Origin: a bacterium
GTDB taxonomy: Bacteria; UBA8248
Length of the DNA: 64,000 nucleotides
NCBI GenBank assembly: GCA_965213625.1
Contig: CBDBZU010000004.1
Location: forward strand, 2,720,001-2,784,000
Reading direction: 5' to 3'
Positions 46,621-54,393 of the stretch are shown piece by piece (position 1 is the first letter of the stretch; each line of letters opens with the position of its first letter). Below the pieces are notes generated by a model. That model had not been told where the DNA came from. It saw nothing but the letters and a program-made list of their open reading frames with translations, and made no database searches. The position numbers and the translations under genes were made by a program.

Positions 46621-47484
46621 ATGGCAACAAGAACGAAAGCGCGCGCTCGCAAAGCGAAAAATACCGTCGCCGATGAGAGGCCCGGTCCCCCTCTCAAGTG
46701 GGCGGGTGGCAAGCGGTGGCTCGTCCCGCACATCCGGGCGTATTGGGAAAAGCACAGTGGGCGCCGCCTCGTGGAACCTTTCTGCGGCGGGCTTGCGGTC
46801 GCGCTCGGCCTCGCTCCCGAGAGGGCGCTCCTGAACGACATCAACGCCCCGCTCATGAATTTCTACACCTGGCTCAAGAAGGGTCTTTCTCGAACACGTA
46901 TTGGAATGCGAAACGACGCGGATGTCTACTACGCCCACAGGGAGCGGTTCAATGGGCTGCTCATGAGCGGGAAGGGTAGGCACAAGGAGGCGGCGGAGCT
47001 TTTCTACTATCTCAATCGCACGGGTTATAACGGGCTTTGCCGCTTCAACAGCAAGGGCGAGTTCAACGTCCCCTTCGGGCGATACAAGACGATAAACTAC
47101 ACAAAAAATTTCGGGGCCTACCGCGAGATATTCGAGGGCTGGGGGTTTTGCTGCCAGGATTTCGAGACGCTACCCATCGCGCCCGATGATTTCATCTACG
47201 CGGATCCACCTTATGACGTCGAGTTCACAAAATACTCTAAAGATGATTTCTCCTGGGAGGATCAGGTGCGGCTGGCGGAATTTCTGAGCGCGCACGAAGG
47301 CCCGATCGTCCTCTCGAACCAGGCGACGGAGAGAATCGTGGCGCTTTATGAGAAAAACGGTTTCACCCTCTCGTTCCTCGAAGGTCCGCGCCGTATCAGT
47401 TGCACGGGCGACCGCTCCCCCGCGCGTGAGGTGCTTGCGGTGCGGGGGGTGGAGAATCAGCGCGGGGTAAGTTGCGCCGCGTGA
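46621..47484 (+). CDS. Dam-family (D12 class) N6-adenine DNA methyltransferase
   Basis: LKWAGGK, EPFCGG, NDIN, NGLCRFN..G.FNVPFG and DPPY motifs. Confidence 0.92.
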   Translation: MATRTKARARKAKNTVADERPGPPLKWAGGKRWLVPHIRAYWEKHSGRRLVEPFCGGLAVALGLAPERALLNDINAPLMNFYTWLKKGLSRTRIGMRNDADVYYAHRERFNGLLMSGKGRHKEAAELFYYLNRTGYNGLCRFNSKGEFNVPFGRYKTINYTKNFGAYREIFEGWGFCCQDFETLPIAPDDFIYADPPYDVEFTKYSKDDFSWEDQVRLAEFLSAHEGPIVLSNQATERIVALYEKNGFTLSFLEGPRRISCTGDRSPAREVLAVRGVENQRGVSCAA

Positions 47485-47492
47485 GGGGAACT

Positions 47493-47672
47493 ATGAGACA
47501 AGTCGTCATCAAGCCCGGAGAGGATGGCTTCTGGGTCGCCGAGTGTCCGAGCCTGCCCGGCTGCATCAGCCAGGGCCAATCCAAAAAAGAAGCGATGGAA
47601 AATATTCGGGAAGCGATTGATGGCTATATCGAAGTTTTGGAGGAAGAGGGCGATCCGATACCTCGGGCATAG
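47493..47672 (+). CDS. HicB-like antitoxin (short form)
   Basis: EDG.WVAECPSLPGCISQG....EA.ENI.EAI..Y partial RNase H fold. Confidence 0.85.
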   Translation: MRQVVIKPGEDGFWVAECPSLPGCISQGQSKKEAMENIREAIDGYIEVLEEEGDPIPRA

Positions 47673-47757
47673 TTCTCCCTAGTTGAGCAGGGGCGCTTTG
47701 CAGACCCATGAGCGCCCTGTGATGCAAACGCTCCTTTCTCAGTCGCGTTTGACCTTC

Positions 47758-47874
47758 GGCGGCTACTCAGGGTGAGGAAGATATGGCGGCTGTTCAGGGT
47801 GAGGGCGATACAGCAGCGAGGCGAGGCGAGGGGGCATCCTTCGATACACGGCTTCGCCGCTACTCAGGATGAGG
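47758..47874. repeat. Three degenerate 20-bp direct repeats
   Basis: GGCGGCTACTCAGGGTGAGG (47758), GGCGGCTGTTCAGGGTGAGG (47785) and CGCCGCTACTCAGGATGAGG (47855). Confidence 0.6.
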
Positions 47875-47942
47875 CGGAGAGGGGTTTATCAATAACCCCA
47901 TATACGCCCCCAGCAATCCTTTTCAATTGGATGTGTTTCCCC

Positions 47943-48605
47943 CTACTCACCACCCTCCTGAAACGCGATGCGCTCGCCGGGGGGTTCCACGACGAGGTGT
48001 AAGGCCTCGGCCACGCGGCCCGTCAGGTTCCAGAGACCGCATATGAGGGTCAGCGAGACGAGTTGTTCGGTGGAGAAATGTTTCTGCATGGCCTCGAACG
48101 CCGCGTCGTTATTCTTGGCCGTCAGGTTCGTGACTTCCTCCGCCCAGTCGATGGCGGCTTTTTCCTTCTCGCTAAAGAGGTCGCTGTCCCGCCAGCCGTC
48201 GCCCTCCAGTAAATTGATTTTCTCCTGTTCGATGCCATGAGCCCGACCGAGCTCGACGTTGTGCCCGAGTCAGTTGTTGCACTCGGTCAGGATGGCCGTC
48301 TTGATGATGACGAGCTGGGCCATGTGGATGTATTCGGGGTCGGAGTCGCGGTGCTGGACGCGGAGTTTTCCGTCCATAATCTGCCAGCCCTCGACGAAGC
48401 CGGGCGCCCAGCCGAGCAGGCGCAAAAAGCGCGACACTTTGCCCCAGCGCTTCACGCCGCGCTCATATAGGGGCGCGAGTTCTTCGGCCAGGTGTTCGGG
48501 GATGTTGTCCGGATCGATCATAGGCACGCGGGGGAGGGGGCAGGCCATCATCTCCTCGGTGACGCCCATATCCTGAGAGAGGCCGGTGGCTTCGTTTATC
48601 GGCAT
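47943..48605 (-). CDS. CMD/AhpD-like probable selenoprotein (220 aa, C109-N-N-U112)
   Basis: In-frame TGA at 48272-48270 after IIKTAILTECNN. The frame stays open for 108 more codons (LGHNVELGRAHG...FSEKEKAAIDWAEEVT...HFSTEQLVSLTLICGLWNLTGRVAEAL) matching the CMD C-terminal half, ending at TAG 47945-47943. Confidence 0.85.
48234..48269 (-). promoter_or_regulatory. Bacterial SECIS-like stem-loop
   Basis: After UGA: CUCGGGCACAAC-GUC-GAGCUC-[GGUC]-GGGCUC-AU-GGC. The 6-bp apical stem has a G-initiated tetraloop 21 nt from the UGA, with an extended lower stem. Confidence 0.72.
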
Positions 48606-48679
48606 AGCGGAATCCCTTTCTGGTGATGCGTGAACGGATGAGAGTGAGGGCGCATTCTCGCGTACTGAGAGGGTTAGGA

Positions 48680-49087
48680 TCAATTCTCTTTATTGTACTC
48701 CATGCCTTCCAAGCGCCGCCGAACTTCTTCAAGCAATGCTTCCACGCGCTTTACAGCAACCTCTCGATCAAGCGGCATTGCGGAAATGTCGCTTGCACCG
48801 TAGCGAAATTGAACGGCGTAGGAGGTATATTCCACAAATTCTTCGAGACGTGCGGCCTCTATGTCTTCTTTTTTCATCATATTCATCAGTCGCGCTAAGT
48901 CATGCGTGGCGGGATATGTTCGTCCAAGAATAGCTAGTAATGCCTTGAGTAATTTCTCCACCGCCTGTTGCACATGAAAGCCGAATATTTCGTCGGCGAA
49001 AATCGTTGTGTCTTCCATGCCGCGGAGGGCGGAATAATCCCGCTCCGCCGCCTCAAGAAGCACGCGAGCCTGCTTAATGTCGCTCAT
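48680..49087 (-). CDS. HEPN domain protein
   Basis: A..D......FH.QQAVEK.LKA.L......P.THDL..L and terminal RY motif; overlaps the MNT stop. Confidence 0.88.
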   Translation of the reverse strand: MSDIKQARVLLEAAERDYSALRGMEDTTIFADEIFGFHVQQAVEKLLKALLAILGRTYPATHDLARLMNMMKKEDIEAARLEEFVEYTSYAVQFRYGASDISAMPLDREVAVKRVEALLEEVRRRLEGMEYNKEN

Positions 49088-49409
49088 AGAGCACTTCGCC
49101 TTCGCGCAGGGCGCGCGCCAGGACATGGTTGAGGGAATCACGCCAGTATTCCACCTCGTCGCGGCTGAAGAGCAGAATGTCCTTGGAAACGTCAAAATCC
49201 GCCAGCGCGCGCCATAGGCGAGTGGTTTCGGCGCGCCTGTCCCGGTTTTTCCCGAAAGGCGCCGCTTCCACAACCACGAAATCCACGTCGGAGTCCGCCG
49301 CCGCATCGCCACGCGCGCGAGAGCCGAAGAGGATCACCTGCTCGGGATCGACTTCGTCCACGATGGTATTCACCATCTTTTTGAGTAGCGCGTCGTCGAC
49401 TTGCGTCAT
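49074..49409 (-). CDS. Minimal nucleotidyltransferase (MNT)
   Basis: ILFGSRARG-x5-SDVD motif plus third Asp (KDIL) and C-terminal EG..LYE. Confidence 0.9.
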   Translation of the reverse strand: MTQVDDALLKKMVNTIVDEVDPEQVILFGSRARGDAAADSDVDFVVVEAAPFGKNRDRRAETTRLWRALADFDVSKDILLFSRDEVEYWRDSLNHVLARALREGEVLYERH

Positions 49410-49539
49410 GGTTCGGGACTCCTTTCATGCCAACTGGCCGCAAACTTACATTGCGTCATTATAAGCGCGGGTGGAAGCCGCGTCATCATGTCATGGTTGC
49501 AGTTGGAATAACCCGGATACCAGAATAAAGTTGTCGACC

Positions 49540-49658
49540 GTAGGGGCGAACCCAAGTGTCCGCCCACATTGGGGTAACCATGAAGTCTGAGGACGAATAC
49601 AGGTGGGTGTGGCCTTTACGTTTGTGGTCTCTGGGCGAACACACAGGTTCGCCCCTAC
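49540..49658. repeat. Inverted pair of GTAG-type REP-like palindromes
   Basis: GTAG-GGGCGAAC-CCAAGT-GTCCGCCC (49540-49565) and GGGCGAAC-ACACAG-GTTCGCCC-CTAC (49633-49658). Confidence 0.78.
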
Positions 49659-49683
49659 AAGTGCGTTATCCTTTCACGCCTGC

Positions 49684-50025
49684 TCAACCGTCCTTCGCTT
49701 CGCTCACGCTCCTTGCGTAGGGGAGGTAGTGGCAGGAGAGGCAGCCGTCGGCGTTCGAGGACTGAATGCGCTTGATATGCTTTGACATCATCCCCCGTTT
49801 GCGTAGGTAGTCTTTCCAGGTCAGCTCCGGCCTGCCGACAACATCGAGAGAGTTGAAGCTCGCCGTGAGGGTCTTGTGACGGAGCGTCGCTAAATCTTGA
49901 TTCGTCAACCTATTGGCCTGCGCCTCGCCGATAGCGGTCATGGCGCCATCAGCGGCCGGGAAGAGGGATCCGGATGCAAGCCATGTAAGGATGAGGAAGC
50001 TTCCGAGGAGAAAGAGTTTTTTCAT
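49684..50025 (-). CDS. Small exported protein with one CxxCH heme-binding motif
   Basis: GGAGG RBS, MKK signal peptide and CLSCH near the C-terminus. Confidence 0.65.
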   Translation of the reverse strand: MKKLFLLGSFLILTWLASGSLFPAADGAMTAIGEAQANRLTNQDLATLRHKTLTASFNSLDVVGRPELTWKDYLRKRGMMSKHIKRIQSSNADGCLSCHYLPYARSVSEAKDG

Positions 50026-50312
50026 GGCGTGTCCTCCGCATCAGCGGCCGTCTACGCCATGTCTCGTCAGCGGCCAGGAGTAAACGACCGCCTATGTGAT
50101 TCAATATGGTTCCCGCCGCTAAGTCGCGCAAGTGGGATTGACGAATCTCTCTCATGAGGACAGGTCGCGGCCTCGAACAGGCACGGGGGCCTTTCCGCTA
50201 CGCCCTTCTCGCAAATTTTCTTGGTCGCTCTTGGGGCGGTTCGTGAACTGTAGACGGACGTGCAAGTGTAGGCTTACACCCTGTAGGATGCGTACGAGGA
50301 GGCGACGATAGA

Positions 50313-50786
50313 ATGCCCGAATTCATCATCGCGCAGAGCGAAGAAAATTACCGGGAGGCTGCGGTGTTGCTGCGCGAGTATGAGGCCGATCTCGGAATCG
50401 ACCTGTGCTTTCAGGGGTTTCCCGAAGAACTCGAAAGTCTCGAACGCATGTATGGCCCGCCGGGCGGGCGATTTCTCTTGCTCCGCGTGGAGGAAGGGAC
50501 CGCCGGTTGCGTCGCCCTCGTGGATTCGGGCGGCAATACCTGCGAGATGAAGCGTCTCTACGTACGCCCCGCTTTCAGGGGACGGGGGCTGGGGAGAAGG
50601 TGTGCGGAGCAAATCGTCCTCGCGGCGCGGGAGATAGGTTACGCCTCGGTGCGTCTCCATACACTACCAGCCATGCGCGAGGCCATTGCCTTGTACCGCT
50701 CCATGGGATTCAGGGAAATCACCCCTTACGACGAAACTCCCGTGGAGGGTGTGGTGTTCATGGAGTTGGGATTGGGACCGAAATGA
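50313..50786 (+). CDS. GNAT family N-acetyltransferase
   Basis: EMKRLYVRP.FRGRGLG and A..LY..MGF motifs. Confidence 0.92.
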   Translation: MPEFIIAQSEENYREAAVLLREYEADLGIDLCFQGFPEELESLERMYGPPGGRFLLLRVEEGTAGCVALVDSGGNTCEMKRLYVRPAFRGRGLGRRCAEQIVLAAREIGYASVRLHTLPAMREAIALYRSMGFREITPYDETPVEGVVFMELGLGPK

Positions 50787-50804
50787 CAGGGTTATTCAGA
50801 GGTT

Positions 50805-50888
50805 GTAGGTCGGACATATATGTCCGACATATATGCGACTCGTGGGGTAGCTGCCGAAAAAGCAGGGAGGCATATATGCCTCCCCTAC
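50805..50888. repeat. Second inverted pair of GTAG-type REP-like palindromes
   Basis: GTAG-GTCGGACA-TATA-TGTCCGAC (50805-50828) and GGGAGGCA-TATA-TGCCTCCC-CTAC (50865-50888). Confidence 0.75.
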
Positions 50889-50981
50889 AATAGGCGTATT
50901 TCTCCTCTATCCGGTCAGGATCAATACAGTTATTACGGCGCATTCCGGATTCCAGAAATTTTGTCTAAGCCGGAATACCCG

Positions 50982-51392
50982 TTACGCCCCCAACGCTTTC
51001 TTGGCCCTGCGCTGGTCCTTGGGATTCACCCATAGGATGGCGCCGTAGCGCTTCCTGCCCGCGGCGATGGCCGTGATGGCGGTGATGTTGATGTCTGCTT
51101 CGGCGAGTTTGGTGAAAACCGGCACGAGCGCCCCGGTGCGGTCCGTGCCCTCGACGAGAAAGGCCTTTTTCCGGGGGCTGAGCTTGAGCTTCGCCTTTCG
51201 CGCGAAGGAGGTGAATGCCCGCGCGTCCTCGGGAACGAAATCGACCTGGACCCGCCTGCGCGAGGGGAAGGCGTGCATCGCCAGCAGGCTGACGCCCGCG
51301 TCCTTGAAAAGCTCGGCGAGGGCGGCGCCCTCTCCCGGCTTATTGGAAGCGGTGATGTAATAGTAAGTGACTTCCCGAACTGTCTCGGCCAT
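50982..51392 (-). CDS. Tandem ACT-domain-like protein
   Basis: NKPG.GA......AGV.L.A and DRTGAL...F.KLA.A.INI.A repeats; AGGAG RBS. Confidence 0.75.
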   Translation of the reverse strand: MAETVREVTYYYITASNKPGEGAALAELFKDAGVSLLAMHAFPSRRRVQVDFVPEDARAFTSFARKAKLKLSPRKKAFLVEGTDRTGALVPVFTKLAEADINITAITAIAAGRKRYGAILWVNPKDQRRAKKALGA

Positions 51393-51614
51393 GGCTTGTC
51401 TCCTGGATTGAAGCGGCATTTCCGGGGCGGGAATATTTCCTAGTTGCGGCCCACGCCCGAAAGGCGCGGGTCAATGAAAATAATCATACAACATGAAGCG
51501 GGGTGAGGTAAACGGAGTGAATCCCGGCTGATGAGAGAGGGATGGGTGGGCCCAGAAAGGTGACAGTATCTGCTCTCTATTTTTGTGAAAGCGAGAACAC
51601 CCGACCATCATTCA

Positions 51615-51787
51615 AAGCGATTTTCATTTACTCAGCTCACGCCTCCGAATGTTCGCGGGTTCTCTCGTCCACCGTCCGCCGGCGCATGGAAATTTGGTCG
51701 AAGCGAATCTCATGTGCTCAGTCCGCGCCTCCGAATGTTCACGAATTTTTTCGTCCACCGACCCGTCGGCGCATGCGCATTTGCCCG
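51615..51787. repeat. Non-coding tandem direct repeat, two copies of 86-87 bp
   Basis: 51615-51700 vs 51701-51787 align at 67/87 positions by hand, with exact blocks GCCTCCGAATGTTC, TCGTCCACCG and CGGCGCATG. Confidence 0.8.
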
Positions 51788-52102
51788 CAATTGCCGCTGT
51801 CGGTTTTCGTCGGGATGGGTGAGAATCCCGCGCGCGAACGTGAGAGTTCTCCAGGATGAGCGTAGGGGAGAAAATGGAAAGAGCGGTTCAGATTCGGATC
51901 GGAACTGCAGCTACTTTTCAGCCAGGAGGTGCTTCCTCTCCACGGATGGGTGAGCCCAAATCGAGCCCGGGACGGGTCGTCAGGGAATTCCTGAAAAATA
52001 CGATAAATATAGATAAATTCACGGGGTTTTCCGGCAAATAAACGAAAATATAAACTGGTTGAATAAACCGTTGTAAGATACAGAAATAAAAAGGATTGTC
52101 GA

Positions 52103-53365
52103 TTATGCGGGCATCACCTTGGGATGCTCGAGCATCTCCTTGAGCGTGGCGAGGAACTCGGCCGCCGGCGCGCCGTCCACCACGCGGTGGTCGGCGTTGA
52201 TGCCGACGAAGGCCGTCGTCCGGGCCACGACCTCGCCGTTTCGCACGACGGCGCGCTCTCGCGCCGCACCCACCGAGAGAATGGCGGATTCGGGGTGGTT
52301 GATGATGGCGCTGAAATGGTCGACTCCGTAGGCGCCCAGATTCGAGACAGTGAAGGTGCCGCCCTCGAGCATATCAAGCCCCAGGGCGCCATTGCGGGCC
52401 GCTTCGGCCAGTGCTCGCGACTCGCGCGAGATGGCGTCGATGGATTTCTGGTCGGCGCCCCGGATGACGGGCACCATCAGGCCATGCTCGACGGCGACTG
52501 CCACGCCGATGTTCACGTCTTGCAATTGTTCCAGGGTGTTTTCAGTGAGGCGGACGTTCACGGCCGGGCATCGGCGCACGGCGCGGGCGGTGTAGAAGAG
52601 GATGAGATCGTTGATAGACACTTTGACACCGAGGTCGTTTTCCCACGCCTGGCGGCTGGCTTCGCGCACGGCAAGGAGGTTCGTGAGGTCCACCTCGGCC
52701 TGCATGGTGATGCGCGGCACCTGGGACCAACTCGAGAGCATGCGTTCGGCAATGATTTTGCGCATCCCGGCCAGGGGTGTTGAACCCGCCACGGCCGCAG
52801 GGCCGCTCGCAGCGGCGGCCGGTGCAGCGGGAAGGCCCGATGCCGCTGCCGCTCTTACGTCAGCCTGCACGATTCTCCCGCCTGGGCCTGAGCCTTTGAG
52901 TGCGCGGTAATCGATTCCGAGTTCGCGTGCCACGCGCCTGGCGGCCGGACTGGCGAAAATTCGGCCCGTGGGCGAAGTCTGTACCGGCGCGGGAACCGCG
53001 GGTGCAGGGGCAGGAGCCGGGGAGGGCGGAGGCGTCGGGGAAGCTTGCACAGCTTCGGGTGCAGCTTCTGGTTTTGCCTCCGCCGGGGGCCTGGGAGACG
53101 AGCTCCCAAAACTGCTGATGTCTTCTCCCGATTCGCCTATTACGGCGATGTCCGTGCCGCAGGGAACGACGTCGCCTTCTCCCGCCAGTGTTTTAAGCAG
53201 GAGGCCGCCGTCCGGCGATTCGACTTCGTATTCGACCTTGTCGGTCTGGATGTCGAGGATGATCTCACCCTTTTCGACCGTTTCACCCTCGCCCTTTCGC
53301 CATTTGAGGATGGTGCCTTCTTCCATGGTGAGGCCGAGTTTAGGCATCGGGAGAGGTGTGGCCAT
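52103..53365 (-). CDS. Dihydrolipoamide acyltransferase (E2)
   Basis: Lipoyl domain (QTDKV), Pro/Ala linker, E3-binding ASPAARR...GSGPGGRI and catalytic DHRVVDG. Confidence 0.95.
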   Translation of the reverse strand: MATPLPMPKLGLTMEEGTILKWRKGEGETVEKGEIILDIQTDKVEYEVESPDGGLLLKTLAGEGDVVPCGTDIAVIGESGEDISSFGSSSPRPPAEAKPEAAPEAVQASPTPPPSPAPAPAPAVPAPVQTSPTGRIFASPAARRVARELGIDYRALKGSGPGGRIVQADVRAAAASGLPAAPAAAASGPAAVAGSTPLAGMRKIIAERMLSSWSQVPRITMQAEVDLTNLLAVREASRQAWENDLGVKVSINDLILFYTARAVRRCPAVNVRLTENTLEQLQDVNIGVAVAVEHGLMVPVIRGADQKSIDAISRESRALAEAARNGALGLDMLEGGTFTVSNLGAYGVDHFSAIINHPESAILSVGAARERAVVRNGEVVARTTAFVGINADHRVVDGAPAAEFLATLKEMLEHPKVMPA

Positions 53366-53377
53366 GAATCTTTGCTC

Positions 53378-54382
53378 CTAATTATTGGATGAGTTCTGAA
53401 ATGAAACAGTTTCTAACATACCACGAACCCCGGCTATAACATCATCTTTGTCGGGAATGACATAGGATTCTAGTTTAGGCGAAAAGGGCACCGGTGTTTC
53501 CTTAGCGCAGACACGTTCAATGGGTGCGTCCAAGTAATCAAAAGCGTCTTTTGCTGCTATGGCTGCGATTTCTGCTCCCCAACCACAACGTTGCACCGCC
53601 TCATGGGTGATGAGGAGCCGGCCTGTTTTGCGTACAGAAGCGAGAATCGTCTCTGTGTCCAATGGGAAGAGCGTTCTGGGGTCGATGACCTCGCAGCTTA
53701 CTCCTTCTTTTGCAAGTTCCTCCGCCGCGACGAGCGATTTTCCGACCATGGAAGAGGTTGCAATAATCGTGAGGTCACTTCCCTCTCTTTTCACCTCCGC
53801 GACGCCTATGGGTATCACTTCTTCTTCCTCGGGAACGGCGCCTCTTTCCAGATATAGGAGTTTGTGTTCGATGAAAAATACCGGGTCATCATCCCTGATG
53901 GCAGCTTTCAAGAGGCCTTTTGCGTCACGCGAGTTGGAAGGCATTACCACCTTGAGGCCTGGCACGTGAACGAACCATGCCTCCAGGCTTTGCGCATGCT
54001 GCGCGGCGGAACTTCGTCCCGCACCGCCCTGGGTTCTGATGACGAGCGAGGTATTCGCTTTCCCACCAAACATGTAACGAACCTTGGCGACCTGGTTGAC
54101 GATTTGATCCATTGCAACAGCGGAAAAGTCGATATACATCAATTCCGCCACGGGGCGCATGCCTACGAGCGCCGCCCCAAGGGTCGCGCCGATGATACCT
54201 TGTTCGGAGATAGGTGTGTTTCTCACCCGGTCAGCGCCATATTTCTCAAAAAGTCCTACGGTCGTTTTGTATGAGCCGCCGAACTCTGCGATGTCCTCTC
54301 CGAGCAGAAAAACCGAGTCATCATTTGTCATTTCCTCATCCAGAGCCTCGATGATCGCTTCTCGGTATAAAATCTCGCGCAT
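53378..54382 (-). CDS. 2-oxoacid/acetoin dehydrogenase E1 beta subunit
   Basis: GEDI, TPISE, ELMYIDF, QHAQSLE and EHK.LY motifs. Confidence 0.95.
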   Translation of the reverse strand: MREILYREAIIEALDEEMTNDDSVFLLGEDIAEFGGSYKTTVGLFEKYGADRVRNTPISEQGIIGATLGAALVGMRPVAELMYIDFSAVAMDQIVNQVAKVRYMFGGKANTSLVIRTQGGAGRSSAAQHAQSLEAWFVHVPGLKVVMPSNSRDAKGLLKAAIRDDDPVFFIEHKLLYLERGAVPEEEEVIPIGVAEVKREGSDLTIIATSSMVGKSLVAAEELAKEGVSCEVIDPRTLFPLDTETILASVRKTGRLLITHEAVQRCGWGAEIAAIAAKDAFDYLDAPIERVCAKETPVPFSPKLESYVIPDKDDVIAGVRGMLETVSFQNSSNN

Positions 54383-54393
54383 TTACCTTTCCC

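Noticed and set aside
47758-47874. Possible CRISPR mini-array
   Set aside because: Repeats are only 20 bp and degenerate, spacers are 7 and 50 bp, and there are no cas genes.
49540-50888. Integron attC sites or gene cassettes
   Set aside because: Palindromes end in GTAG/CTAC rather than RYYYAAC/GTTRRRY, flanked genes are divergent, and no integrase is present.
51615-51787. Tandem glycine riboswitch or CRISPR array
   Set aside because: No GGAGA/CCGAAG/CTCTCAGG glycine aptamer motifs on either strand, and whole units are similar rather than repeat plus unique spacer.
46552-52102. Prophage or integrative element
   Set aside because: No integrase, transposase, tRNA target, terminal direct repeats or phage genes seen.
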